Origin: an uncultured Opitutia bacterium
GTDB taxonomy: Bacteria; Verrucomicrobiota; Verrucomicrobiia; Opitutales; UBA953
Length of the DNA stretch: 41,238 nt
Reading direction: 5' to 3'
Assembly (NCBI GenBank): GCA_903921665.1
Contig: CAIXQT010000012.1
Coordinates: forward strand, 1-41,238
The notes beneath the pieces are model-generated. The model made no database searches. It had not been told where the DNA came from and worked only from the letters and a program-made list of their open reading frames with translations. Position 1 is the stretch's first letter. Each line of letters starts with the position of its first letter. The translations under genes and the position numbers were made by a program. Below, one piece after another: positions 7,801 through 14,470 of the stretch.

Positions 7801-10002
7801 CGTGATGCGGACCCCCAGGTACGCCCGGCGCTCGCCCAGGTCCTCGCCGGTTCTCGTGAAGCCGTGGCCGTCGCCGTCGCGGGTGCGCTTGCCGCCAGCG
7901 GGGATCCCTCCGTCGGTAAGATGCTTTACGCCGCCTTCCCGAAGTCGGCCGGCACCTTCCGTTCGACCTTGTTCTCCGCCCTGGCAGGACGAGCGGAGTG
8001 GGCCGGACTGGTATTGGACGGACTCGAAGCCAAGTCGCTGTCCGTCATGCAGCTCGGCCCCATGCAGGTCTCGCAGCTGATCCGCCATCCGGATGAAGCC
8101 GTCGCCAAGCGCTCCGCCGCGGTCATGGCGAAGTTGAACGCCGGTAGCAGCCCCGCCAAAGATGAGCTCATCTCGAAGCTCCGTGCCGAGGTCGAGAAAC
8201 CTGGCGATATCGCCAAGGGTAAAGATCTGTTCGTCGCGGCCTGTCAGACCTGTCATAAGGTCGGCAACGTCGGTAACGATTTCGGCCCGAACCTTCAGGG
8301 CATCGGCTCCCATCCGGCCGCCCAACTACTGGTGCACATCGTGGACCCGAACCGCATGGTCGACGACGAACACCGGACCTGGAACTTCAAGATGAAGGAC
8401 GGAACCCAGTATGCCGCCCTCATCGGCAGCGAGAATCTCAGCTTCGTGAAGCTCAAGCTGCCGGCCGGCCAGTCGGCCGAGCTCAAAGTCAGCGACATCG
8501 TCAGCCGTGAACGTAGCCCGAACTCCCTGATGCCCGAGGGATTCGAGTCTCTTGGTGCCGACGGCCTGCGCAACGTCATCGCCTACCTGCGTAGCGTCGC
8601 GATGAGCCCTGAAGGCGTGACGGTGGGCCGCTTCCGCCTGCTTGACCTCGGGGCGACCTTTACCGCTTCGACGACCACCGGTCTTTATGCGAACAAGGAA
8701 GCCAAGAACGACACGTTGCCTTTCGCCAAGTTCGGGCAGCTCGAAGCCAACGGCGTTCCTTACAAGATCGTCGACCCTAAGTCAGCCAAGGGTGGGCTGA
8801 ACCTGATCGTCCTCAAGGGCGGCGCAGGCAAAGGCTCCTATTCCAAGTCCTTCACCCAGAAAGTCGAAATCCCCATCGGCTCTCCCGCCAGCCGCATCCA
8901 CTTCCTGGGCGCCGTCGGTGGCTGGGGTAATCATGATGGCGTCGCCATGATCGCCGAGGTGCACTTCCTCAGCGGCAAGGTGCAAAAGGAGACCTATTAC
9001 GGCGGACGCGATTTCGCCGATTATAACGGAACGGGCGACGTCCCGGGATCGAAGTCGGCCCGCCAACTCCTGAATGGTGACGGACGTCAGGTGCGCACGC
9101 TGATCCTGCCTGTCGAGAGCAATGAGATCATCGATAAGCTCGTCCTCAGCACCCTCGATACCGAGATCGCCCCGACGACCGTGGCGATCACCGTCGAGAC
9201 CGGCGGCCCGGCCAACCCGCCCCGCAACAAGAACGAAGCCGCCCCGAAGGCTGGTAAGAAGGCCAAGGCCAGCGAAGGACCCAGCGACCTGCTGCCTAAG
9301 GATAATCCCCGGACCACGCAGGCCTTCGGTCAGTCCTTCGGCCCGCGTAAGGCCGGTCAGCTCCGCGTGCTCGTCGCCGGCGCCGGTAGTTCCCACAACT
9401 TCCCCGCCTTCTTCCTCGGCACCGATGCGCTGACCGCCAAGGCCGCCGGTTACGACGTCGCCTCGACCCCGAACCTGAAGGAAACCCTGGCGCTTCTCCC
9501 CGAGGCCGACCTGTTCCTTTTCAGCGGCAATCATGGTCAGTTCGGTACGCCGGAGTTCCAGAAGGCCATCCGCGACTTCGCCTCGGCCGGGAAGGGCATC
9601 GTCCTCCTGCATGCCGCCACCTGGTACAACTGGCCGCTCTCGACCAAGTATAACGACGAATTCGTCTGCGGCGGAGCCCGCGGCCATGGTCATAGCGACT
9701 TCACCTTCACCGTCACCAAGCCGGATCACCCCGTCATGAAGGGCGTCCCCTCCACCTTTGTCATCAACGACGAAAGCTACAACGTGGAGCTGACCCGTCC
9801 CGAAGGCGCCGAAGTCCTTGGCACCATCCCTCGCCAGACCCCCAAGGAAGGCCTGTCGAACATCCTGCCGTCCGTCTGGACCGTCAGATATCCCGGCACC
9901 AAGGTCGTCTGTATCGCCCTCGGCCATGACGCCAAGTCGCATGACCACCCGGCCTACAGGCAGCTCCTCCTGAACTCCCTGACCTGGGTCTCTAACAAGT
10001 AA
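4879..10002 (+). CDS. Giant secreted multidomain protein: signal peptide, ThuA-like domain, PVC 'membrane-bound dehydrogenase' beta-propeller-like domain, HEAT repeats, c-type cytochrome domain, unassigned beta-rich domain, ThuA-like domain
   Basis: Start at ATG 4879 gives the signal peptide 'MLPRIAPLLRAALVFATAALCAAP'. 'PIAVQWDERGRMWVAETPEYPNGR' matches the PVC dehydrogenase-domain signature. An Ala/Leu-rich HEAT region spans about 6900-8190. CQTCH lies at nt 8242-8256 within 'GKDLFVAACQTCHKVGNVGNDFGPNL'. The C-terminal 'LRVLVAGAGSSHNFP...GIVLLHAATWYNW' is ThuA-like. Confidence 0.9.
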   Translation: MLPRIAPLLRAALVFATAALCAAPIKVTIISDDAAAVRSLADELHAAGAVVNEAARPRDILAATHDKDEVIVLYRKNYTPYEVIDRAALADLSNRGIGFVALRGAIAGPSATWGKEMFGAGWTAESRRFRALMMLNVRTDAHPLAKDASTFDVTDETVFELDLHEKVQVLASSFTSKVTNTRRRATEVADKASVYDIQPQAWVFENSRIRSAVFLQGDAATLAHSSYRTFIKRGIAWAARRANTDELCAPKDLVDMRYPVGGPSRAAQAIAAFQLQPGFKANAVAAEPLINKPIAVQWDERGRMWVAETPEYPNGRRPLTAESWREGGVLVPGSYDRPAQDKISVLIDTDGDGVADKKQLFHEGLELITGFCHYKDGIIVVAHPNILWLRDTDGDGKADKEVVLFGGFTPGDTHFVANHFILAPDGWIYASHGGGGEATFPNDPAKKVRISSGTFRFKPDGSAIEQIASQGGNSFGNEVTSTMELFHGKATNGNPIQHVVVPESVLAKAPGTTAKAFSSVNPRREVARKDLPDRAPLMQIDQVGHYSAACAAMVYEGGAWPKEYAGTVFMSEPILDIIHHEKLTLNGPAYEGSLLLQDKEWLRSTDHWFCPIDLSVGPDGAMYVLDFYTPVVAHNDTRGPQHSKSGASVRPDREHYFGRIYRIQHEAAEKFEVPDLSKADVAGLVAAFNHPNKNIRFNAVRVLMDKDAGLLASAVGPLVTLVRSDAKAEARIQALWALQRLDRLEDGLLRALCGDADAAVRKNAFLVAEASRAKLPTDVYAKALDDADGRVRLAALRAMGAAPLDASSGVLLLRAQANFTDAWSKAAATAAAGSNPGPVLAGILSGPADAAGVEFARTLAASLNGDDAVAVLAAAAKSANKPVVTAVLGELSARRVAAPAMLEPARAALRALLASQDDTISGSAAAIAALWFTDGSLKAELAAAANRLLPVLAGSKADASTEAQVAAARVLVLLRDADPQVRPALAQVLAGSREAVAVAVAGALAASGDPSVGKMLYAAFPKSAGTFRSTLFSALAGRAEWAGLVLDGLEAKSLSVMQLGPMQVSQLIRHPDEAVAKRSAAVMAKLNAGSSPAKDELISKLRAEVEKPGDIAKGKDLFVAACQTCHKVGNVGNDFGPNLQGIGSHPAAQLLVHIVDPNRMVDDEHRTWNFKMKDGTQYAALIGSENLSFVKLKLPAGQSAELKVSDIVSRERSPNSLMPEGFESLGADGLRNVIAYLRSVAMSPEGVTVGRFRLLDLGATFTASTTTGLYANKEAKNDTLPFAKFGQLEANGVPYKIVDPKSAKGGLNLIVLKGGAGKGSYSKSFTQKVEIPIGSPASRIHFLGAVGGWGNHDGVAMIAEVHFLSGKVQKETYYGGRDFADYNGTGDVPGSKSARQLLNGDGRQVRTLILPVESNEIIDKLVLSTLDTEIAPTTVAITVETGGPANPPRNKNEAAPKAGKKAKASEGPSDLLPKDNPRTTQAFGQSFGPRKAGQLRVLVAGAGSSHNFPAFFLGTDALTAKAAGYDVASTPNLKETLALLPEADLFLFSGNHGQFGTPEFQKAIRDFASAGKGIVLLHAATWYNWPLSTKYNDEFVCGGARGHGHSDFTFTVTKPDHPVMKGVPSTFVINDESYNVELTRPEGAEVLGTIPRQTPKEGLSNILPSVWTVRYPGTKVVCIALGHDAKSHDHPAYRQLLLNSLTWVSNK

Positions 10003-10005
10003 AGA

Positions 10006-10125
10006 GAGTATTGAGTATGGAGTATCGAGTATCGGGGAGTGACATAAACTCCCTTCGAAACAGTACTCCTTCGCTGATGCCTCCTGCCGTCTTTTCTATA
10101 CTCAATACTCCATACTCCATACTCT
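10006..10125. repeat. Palindromic heptad-repeat element: 4 x GAGTATN (10006-10033) and 4 x ATACTCN (10098-10125) as inverted arms around a ~64-nt core
   Basis: Read directly from the sequence. The arms match 25/27 as reverse complements and differ only at two spacer bases. The core contains a GGGAGT/ACTCCC mini-hairpin (10035-10040 / 10048-10053) and a second ACTCC-TTCG copy at 10064-10072. The element is AT-rich within a GC-rich context. Confidence 0.9.
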
Positions 10126-10132
10126 AGCTCCC

Positions 10133-10429
10133 ATGGTCTACCACTACGGAACTTTCGTCTTCAAGAAGGACGTAACCCCATCCCAGATCGACACCTGCTT
10201 CGCCGAGATGCGCGGCATGGTCGGCAAGATCCCTGGGCTGCTCTCCATGCAGCATGGCGTCTACCAAAGCGACGAAGGCCTCAACGACGGCTTCACCCAC
10301 GGGTTCGTCATGACCTTCGACACCCCGCAGAGCCGCGACCGCTATCTCCCGCATCCCGAGCACGAGCGCGTGAAGGAGATCGTCGTCCCGAACCTCGAGC
10401 GCGTGATGGTCTTCGATTTCACCGTCTGA
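10133..10429 (+). CDS. Dabb-family (stress-responsive alpha/beta-barrel) protein
   Basis: 98 aa. 'HYGTFVFKKDVTP...LLSMQHGVY...GFTHGFVMTFDTPQSRDRYLPHPEH' is the typical Dabb pattern. Confidence 0.85.
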   Translation: MVYHYGTFVFKKDVTPSQIDTCFAEMRGMVGKIPGLLSMQHGVYQSDEGLNDGFTHGFVMTFDTPQSRDRYLPHPEHERVKEIVVPNLERVMVFDFTV

Positions 10430-10436
10430 GCGGCCC

Positions 10437-11603
10437 TCAGGCTTCGTCGTACAGACCCTTTCGGCCAGCGGTCAGCCAGCTGACGCCGCACGCGACGAGG
10501 GCGTAGCCGCCGATCGAGGGACCGAAGAGCTCGCAGGCCATGACCGCGCAAGCAAGCGGCACGGCGCCGGCACCGGCGAAGACGGCCACGAAGCCCAGCG
10601 CGGCGCAGACACCCAAGGGAAGGCTGAGGTAAGTAGCGGCGGCGCTGCCGAGGGTCGCACCGACGAAGAAGAGCGGCGTGACTTCGCCGCCGCGGTAGCC
10701 TGCAGTGACGCACGTGAGCGTGAAGAGAAGCTTGAAGATGAAGGTCAGGGGTGCGGAGGGTTCGACCAAGGCGGACTCAATCACCGGTAGCCCTAGGCCC
10801 GTGAAGTCTTCTGTGTGTTGGAAGTAGACCGCACCCGCAAAGAACATGCCGGCGAAGAAGATCCGGGCGTAAGGCTCAGGATTAGGCCTGGATGATTCGC
10901 GGCGGCTAACGAAGACGTAAAGCCATGCGACGGCCCCACAGACGATTCCGAGAGCAAAGGCGGAGCCTAGTCCGCTGAGGTCGTAATCCGCCGGGAGTGG
11001 TAGGCGGTAGTCGGCATGCTTGGCGAAGAAGAGTTTACGGCCAACGAGGTCCGCGAGGAAGGCGGTAGCAAGGCAGGGAATGATTGCCCAGCTGCGCAGT
11101 CGCACGAACTCTAAGGCGAAGATCGCCGCGGCGATCGGCGTGCCGAAGACGGCGGCGAAACCGGCGGAGACGCCGCAGAGAATCAAGGTGCGTCTTTCGG
11201 ATTCGTTCAGGTCAATCCAACGCGAACCTTGGTCGGCGATGGCTCCGCCCATCTGGAGAGCCGTGCCTTCGCGGCCGACCGAGGCGCCGCCGAGGTGAGA
11301 GAGCAGGGTCGTCCCGATGATCGACGGGCCCATGGTGGCAGGCAGGGGGGTCGTCGGAGCCTTGATCTGGTCGATTAGGGCCTTAACGCCTCGGGCGGAG
11401 GCCTTCAGTGGTCCCTTATAGAGCCAGACCGTCAGCAGCCCGATGAAGGGTAGGGACGCAAGCATCCATGGGGTGGAACGAAAGAGGCGAGTTACCGCTT
11501 CCAGGGCATGAAGGAAGCCGGCCCCAGTGGCTCCGACGACCAAGGAGACCGAGGCGAGGATGGCGACCCAAAGGAGGATGTTTCTCGGGGGCTTGGCGGA
11601 CAT
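10437..11603 (-). CDS. CLC-family anion channel/antiporter, probably the CLC-F (fluoride/H+ antiporter) subtype
   Basis: CLC motifs are present: GREGT (nt 11262-11276), 'GVSAGFAAVFGTPIAAAIFALE' and GGEVTP (nt 10674-10691). It is short (388 aa) with no CBS domains. The family call is firm. The subtype call rests on Thr replacing Pro after the gating Glu. Confidence 0.85.
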   Translation of the reverse strand: MSAKPPRNILLWVAILASVSLVVGATGAGFLHALEAVTRLFRSTPWMLASLPFIGLLTVWLYKGPLKASARGVKALIDQIKAPTTPLPATMGPSIIGTTLLSHLGGASVGREGTALQMGGAIADQGSRWIDLNESERRTLILCGVSAGFAAVFGTPIAAAIFALEFVRLRSWAIIPCLATAFLADLVGRKLFFAKHADYRLPLPADYDLSGLGSAFALGIVCGAVAWLYVFVSRRESSRPNPEPYARIFFAGMFFAGAVYFQHTEDFTGLGLPVIESALVEPSAPLTFIFKLLFTLTCVTAGYRGGEVTPLFFVGATLGSAAATYLSLPLGVCAALGFVAVFAGAGAVPLACAVMACELFGPSIGGYALVACGVSWLTAGRKGLYDEA

Positions 11604-11658
11604 CTTGAGGCGTAAGAAAACCTTTGAGACCCGTCGGCAACGATCACAATCTCAAACC

Positions 11659-12924
11659 ATGGAACACCCCATCCCTCGTCGCGATTTCGTATCTACCCTG
11701 GCCATTGGCGGTCTCGCCTTGGCCGCCGCTCCTGCCGTCCTGCGCGGCCAGTCGGTCCCGTCCAAGATCAAGGTCGCCCTGATCGGTTGCGGCGGCCGCG
11801 GTACGGGCGCCCTCGGGCAGTTTATCGCCGCGTGCAAAATCCTTGGCGCCGAAGCTGAGGTCGTCGCCTTGGCTGATGCTTTCGAGGACCGTGCCAAGCG
11901 CCTGAACGACACTTATAAGCTTCCCGCGAATAAGGTCTTCGTCGGTTACGACGCCTACCAGAAAGTCATGGCGACCGATTGCACCTTCGTTCTGATGGCC
12001 ACTCCGCCCGCTTTCCGACCGGTCCATTTCGCCGCCGCCGTCGAGGCGGGCAAGCATTGCTTCGTGGAGAAGCCCGTCGCCGTCGATCCCGTCGGCGCTC
12101 GCGCCATCATCGCCACCGGTGAGAAGGCTAAGGCCAAGGGCCTGGCCGTCGTCGCCGGCACCCAGCGCCGCCATGACGCTGGCTACCTCAAGAATAAGGC
12201 GCTCATCGATGCTGGCGCCATCGGCTCCATCCGCGGCGGTGTCGTACAATGGAACGGCACGGTCCCGTGGATTCGCCGTCGGGGCAAGGACGACACCGAC
12301 GCCGACTACATGAACCGCAACTGGCTCAACTTCGGCGAGCTTTCCGGCGACCATATCGTCGAGCAGCACATCCATAACGTCGACGTCGCCATCTGGTTCC
12401 TCGACCGCCCGCCGGTGAGCGCGCTGGGCTTCGGCGGCCGCGCCCGCCGCGAAACCGGTAACATGTTCGACTTCTTCAGCGTCGACTACGATTTCGGCGA
12501 TGCCGTGCATATCCACAGCCAGTGCCGACAGATCACCGCCACCACCGGCCGCGTCGGGGAATTCTTCACCGGCGCCGAAGGCTCGTGCTACGGTTCCGGC
12601 AAGGTCTTCTCGAAGAAGAACGTCACCGTACCTGACATCAAGATGGATACCAATGACACCATGGTGCAGGAACACGTCGACCTCATCCGTAGCGCCTTCA
12701 GCGGCAAGCCTTTGAATGATGCCCGTCAGATCGCCGAATCCAACCTGGCCGTCATCATGGGCCGCATGTCGGCCTATACCGGTGAGATGGTGCGTTTCGC
12801 CGACCTTCTGACCAACGAAAGTTCTCCGCACTATAACTTCAAGTTCGCCGTCGGCCCTAAGGATTTCGAAACGGGCAACGTCAAGCTGCCCGCCGAAGTC
12901 CCGCCGATTCCGGGGAAGGCGTGA
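11659..12924 (+). CDS. Tat-exported Gfo/Idh/MocA-family oxidoreductase
   Basis: Start at ATG 11659 gives the twin-arginine signal 'MEHPIPRRDFVSTLAIGGLALAAAP'. Rossmann motif 'KVALIGCGGRGTG'. The upstream part of the 465-aa ORF-track entry overlaps the CLC gene and was discarded. Confidence 0.9.
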   Translation: MEHPIPRRDFVSTLAIGGLALAAAPAVLRGQSVPSKIKVALIGCGGRGTGALGQFIAACKILGAEAEVVALADAFEDRAKRLNDTYKLPANKVFVGYDAYQKVMATDCTFVLMATPPAFRPVHFAAAVEAGKHCFVEKPVAVDPVGARAIIATGEKAKAKGLAVVAGTQRRHDAGYLKNKALIDAGAIGSIRGGVVQWNGTVPWIRRRGKDDTDADYMNRNWLNFGELSGDHIVEQHIHNVDVAIWFLDRPPVSALGFGGRARRETGNMFDFFSVDYDFGDAVHIHSQCRQITATTGRVGEFFTGAEGSCYGSGKVFSKKNVTVPDIKMDTNDTMVQEHVDLIRSAFSGKPLNDARQIAESNLAVIMGRMSAYTGEMVRFADLLTNESSPHYNFKFAVGPKDFETGNVKLPAEVPPIPGKA

Positions 12925-12962
12925 CGCGACCCGGGCACGCGCGGGGACATGCTGGCATGGTG

Positions 12963-12980
12963 AACTGCTGCGAAGCAGTT
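12963..12980. terminator. Hairpin between convergent genes (possible bidirectional terminator)
   Basis: AACTGCT-GCGA-AGCAGTT, a 7-bp stem with a GNRA-type loop, sits in the 63-nt gap between the stops at 12924 (+) and 12988 (-). There is no long U-tract. Confidence 0.45.
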
Positions 12981-12987
12981 TAACTCC

Positions 12988-14388
12988 TTAACCCTGGCGG
13001 ACCTTGGGGAGCAGGGAGGAGGCTTCGGACCAAGCGACCTCGTGAGGTTGGCGCTTGGACGAGGCGGCGAGGGCGCTGGTGACGCCGGCGGCTTCGCCCA
13101 TGGCGACCGCATTGCCCGTCACGCGATAGCTAGCATGGGCTATGAAGTCACCGCTGATGCATCGGCCGGCCATCATCAGGCCGTCGACGTCTTTCGCGAT
13201 GAGGGCGCGGAGCGGAATGTCGTAAGGCTTCACCTTCACGCCGGCGTTGGAGTAGGCGGCTTTCTTGTTTTCCTCTGCGGTCAAGGCATGGATGTCGACC
13301 GGGAAGGTCGCCCGGACCACCGCGTCGTCCTGGCGGCGTCCTGCGATCAGGTCTTCCTTGGTCATCATGTAGCGCCCCTTGATACGACGGCCGTCGCGGA
13401 CGCCGATCTGAGCCGGCGTGGCCACGATCTGAGCGCCCGACCAGGCGCCGCCTGATTTACGCAGCTTGCGGACGATGTCATTGACCTCGGCACGGGCGCG
13501 CATGGTCGCTTCCGTGACCTGGGCGGCATCGGTGGCGTTGATGCCATACTCATGATTGGCCATCAAAAGAACCAGGTTGTCTTTGATCGGAAAGAGCGAC
13601 GCCTTGCCATAGCTCGGGGTCACGCCTGCGGCCTTGAGCGCGGCCTTGAACTTATCGGGGCCTACGTGTCGGCCATTGCCGCCGACCGGGTGGAGTTGAT
13701 CGGCCAAGGCACGTCCGTCATTGACCGTCACCAAGGCGTAAAGCGTCATCGGCTGGCAGGGGCAGGATTGTTCACGGCCGATCTCGAATTCACAACCCGC
13801 CCGGGCGCCCAAGTCGCCGTCGCCGGTCGTGTCAATGAACACCGGAGCCGCCCAGGCCTGACGACCGGACTTCGATTCCGTGATGATGGCTGTCAGTCGT
13901 CGGCCGTCTCGCTGGGCGGCGACGATACGGGTGTGCAGCTGGATCTTTACGCCGGCCGTCACGCAAAGCTCCTCCAAGAGCAGTTTCATCTCCTCGGGGT
14001 GGTAGGTCACGCCGTTGACGCCATCTCCGGCGATCGCATCACGTTCGCGAAGACGCCGCACCAGCTCCTGGTTGAAACCTGGCTTATCGAAGTCGAGCAA
14101 GTAGCCCAGCAAGGATGAAGTCCACACGCCTCCAAGAGAGCCGTGGGCTTCGAACAGACGCACCTTGGCGCCCGCACGGGCGGCGGAGATCGCCGCGGTC
14201 ACGCCAGCTGGCCCGGCGCCACACACGATCACGTCGCAGTCGGCCGTGAGCGGAGTGTCCCTTTCTGCTTCGGTCAGGAAGCCGGGTTTAGGGCTCGAGG
14301 CGGCGACGACCTTCGTCAGTGCGCCAAGGGCGCCAAGGCCCAGCAGAGAAGAGGTTAAGAAGCGACGGCGGGAAGGGGTCTGATCCAT
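12988..14388 (-). CDS. Tat-exported FAD-dependent oxidoreductase (FAD_oxidored-type)
   Basis: Tat signal 'SRRRFLTSSLLGLGALGAL' and dinucleotide-binding motif 'DVIVCGAGPAGVTAAISAARAG'. Confidence 0.85.
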   Translation of the reverse strand: MDQTPSRRRFLTSSLLGLGALGALTKVVAASSPKPGFLTEAERDTPLTADCDVIVCGAGPAGVTAAISAARAGAKVRLFEAHGSLGGVWTSSLLGYLLDFDKPGFNQELVRRLRERDAIAGDGVNGVTYHPEEMKLLLEELCVTAGVKIQLHTRIVAAQRDGRRLTAIITESKSGRQAWAAPVFIDTTGDGDLGARAGCEFEIGREQSCPCQPMTLYALVTVNDGRALADQLHPVGGNGRHVGPDKFKAALKAAGVTPSYGKASLFPIKDNLVLLMANHEYGINATDAAQVTEATMRARAEVNDIVRKLRKSGGAWSGAQIVATPAQIGVRDGRRIKGRYMMTKEDLIAGRRQDDAVVRATFPVDIHALTAEENKKAAYSNAGVKVKPYDIPLRALIAKDVDGLMMAGRCISGDFIAHASYRVTGNAVAMGEAAGVTSALAASSKRQPHEVAWSEASSLLPKVRQG

Positions 14389-14396
14389 GAGGTCAG

Positions 14397-14402
14397 ATTG
14401 TA
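14397..14402 (-). promoter_or_regulatory. Candidate -10 box (TACAAT on the minus strand) for the FAD oxidoreductase gene
   Basis: TACAAT lies 8 nt upstream of ATG 14388, just downstream of the terminator, which implies a near-leaderless mRNA. The -35 region is poor (TTATTG at 17 nt spacing). Pattern match only. Confidence 0.3.
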
Positions 14403-14420
14403 TCGATTACAGCCTAAGCC

Positions 14421-14449
14421 AATAAAAAGCCCCTCGTCTGAGGGGCTTT
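14421..14449 (-). terminator. Rho-independent terminator ending the long minus-strand operon
   Basis: On the minus strand the sequence reads AAAGCCCCUC-AGAC-GAGGGGCUUU followed by UUAUU. The stem is 14426-14435 / 14440-14449, and it begins 22 nt after the NIPSNAP stop codon. Confidence 0.8.
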
Positions 14450-14470
14450 GAAGCTGTCCGGTCGTCAAGC

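Noticed and set aside
10426-10440. CTGAG-CGGCC-CTCAG hairpin containing both convergent stop codons (Dabb and CLC)
   Set aside because: The stem is only 5 bp with no U-tract. It cannot be called a terminator with any confidence.
11604-11658. Possible fluoride riboswitch upstream of the CLC gene
   Set aside because: Only 55 nt are available, shared with a divergent gene. I could not recognise the conserved riboswitch core by eye. A covariance-model scan would be definitive.
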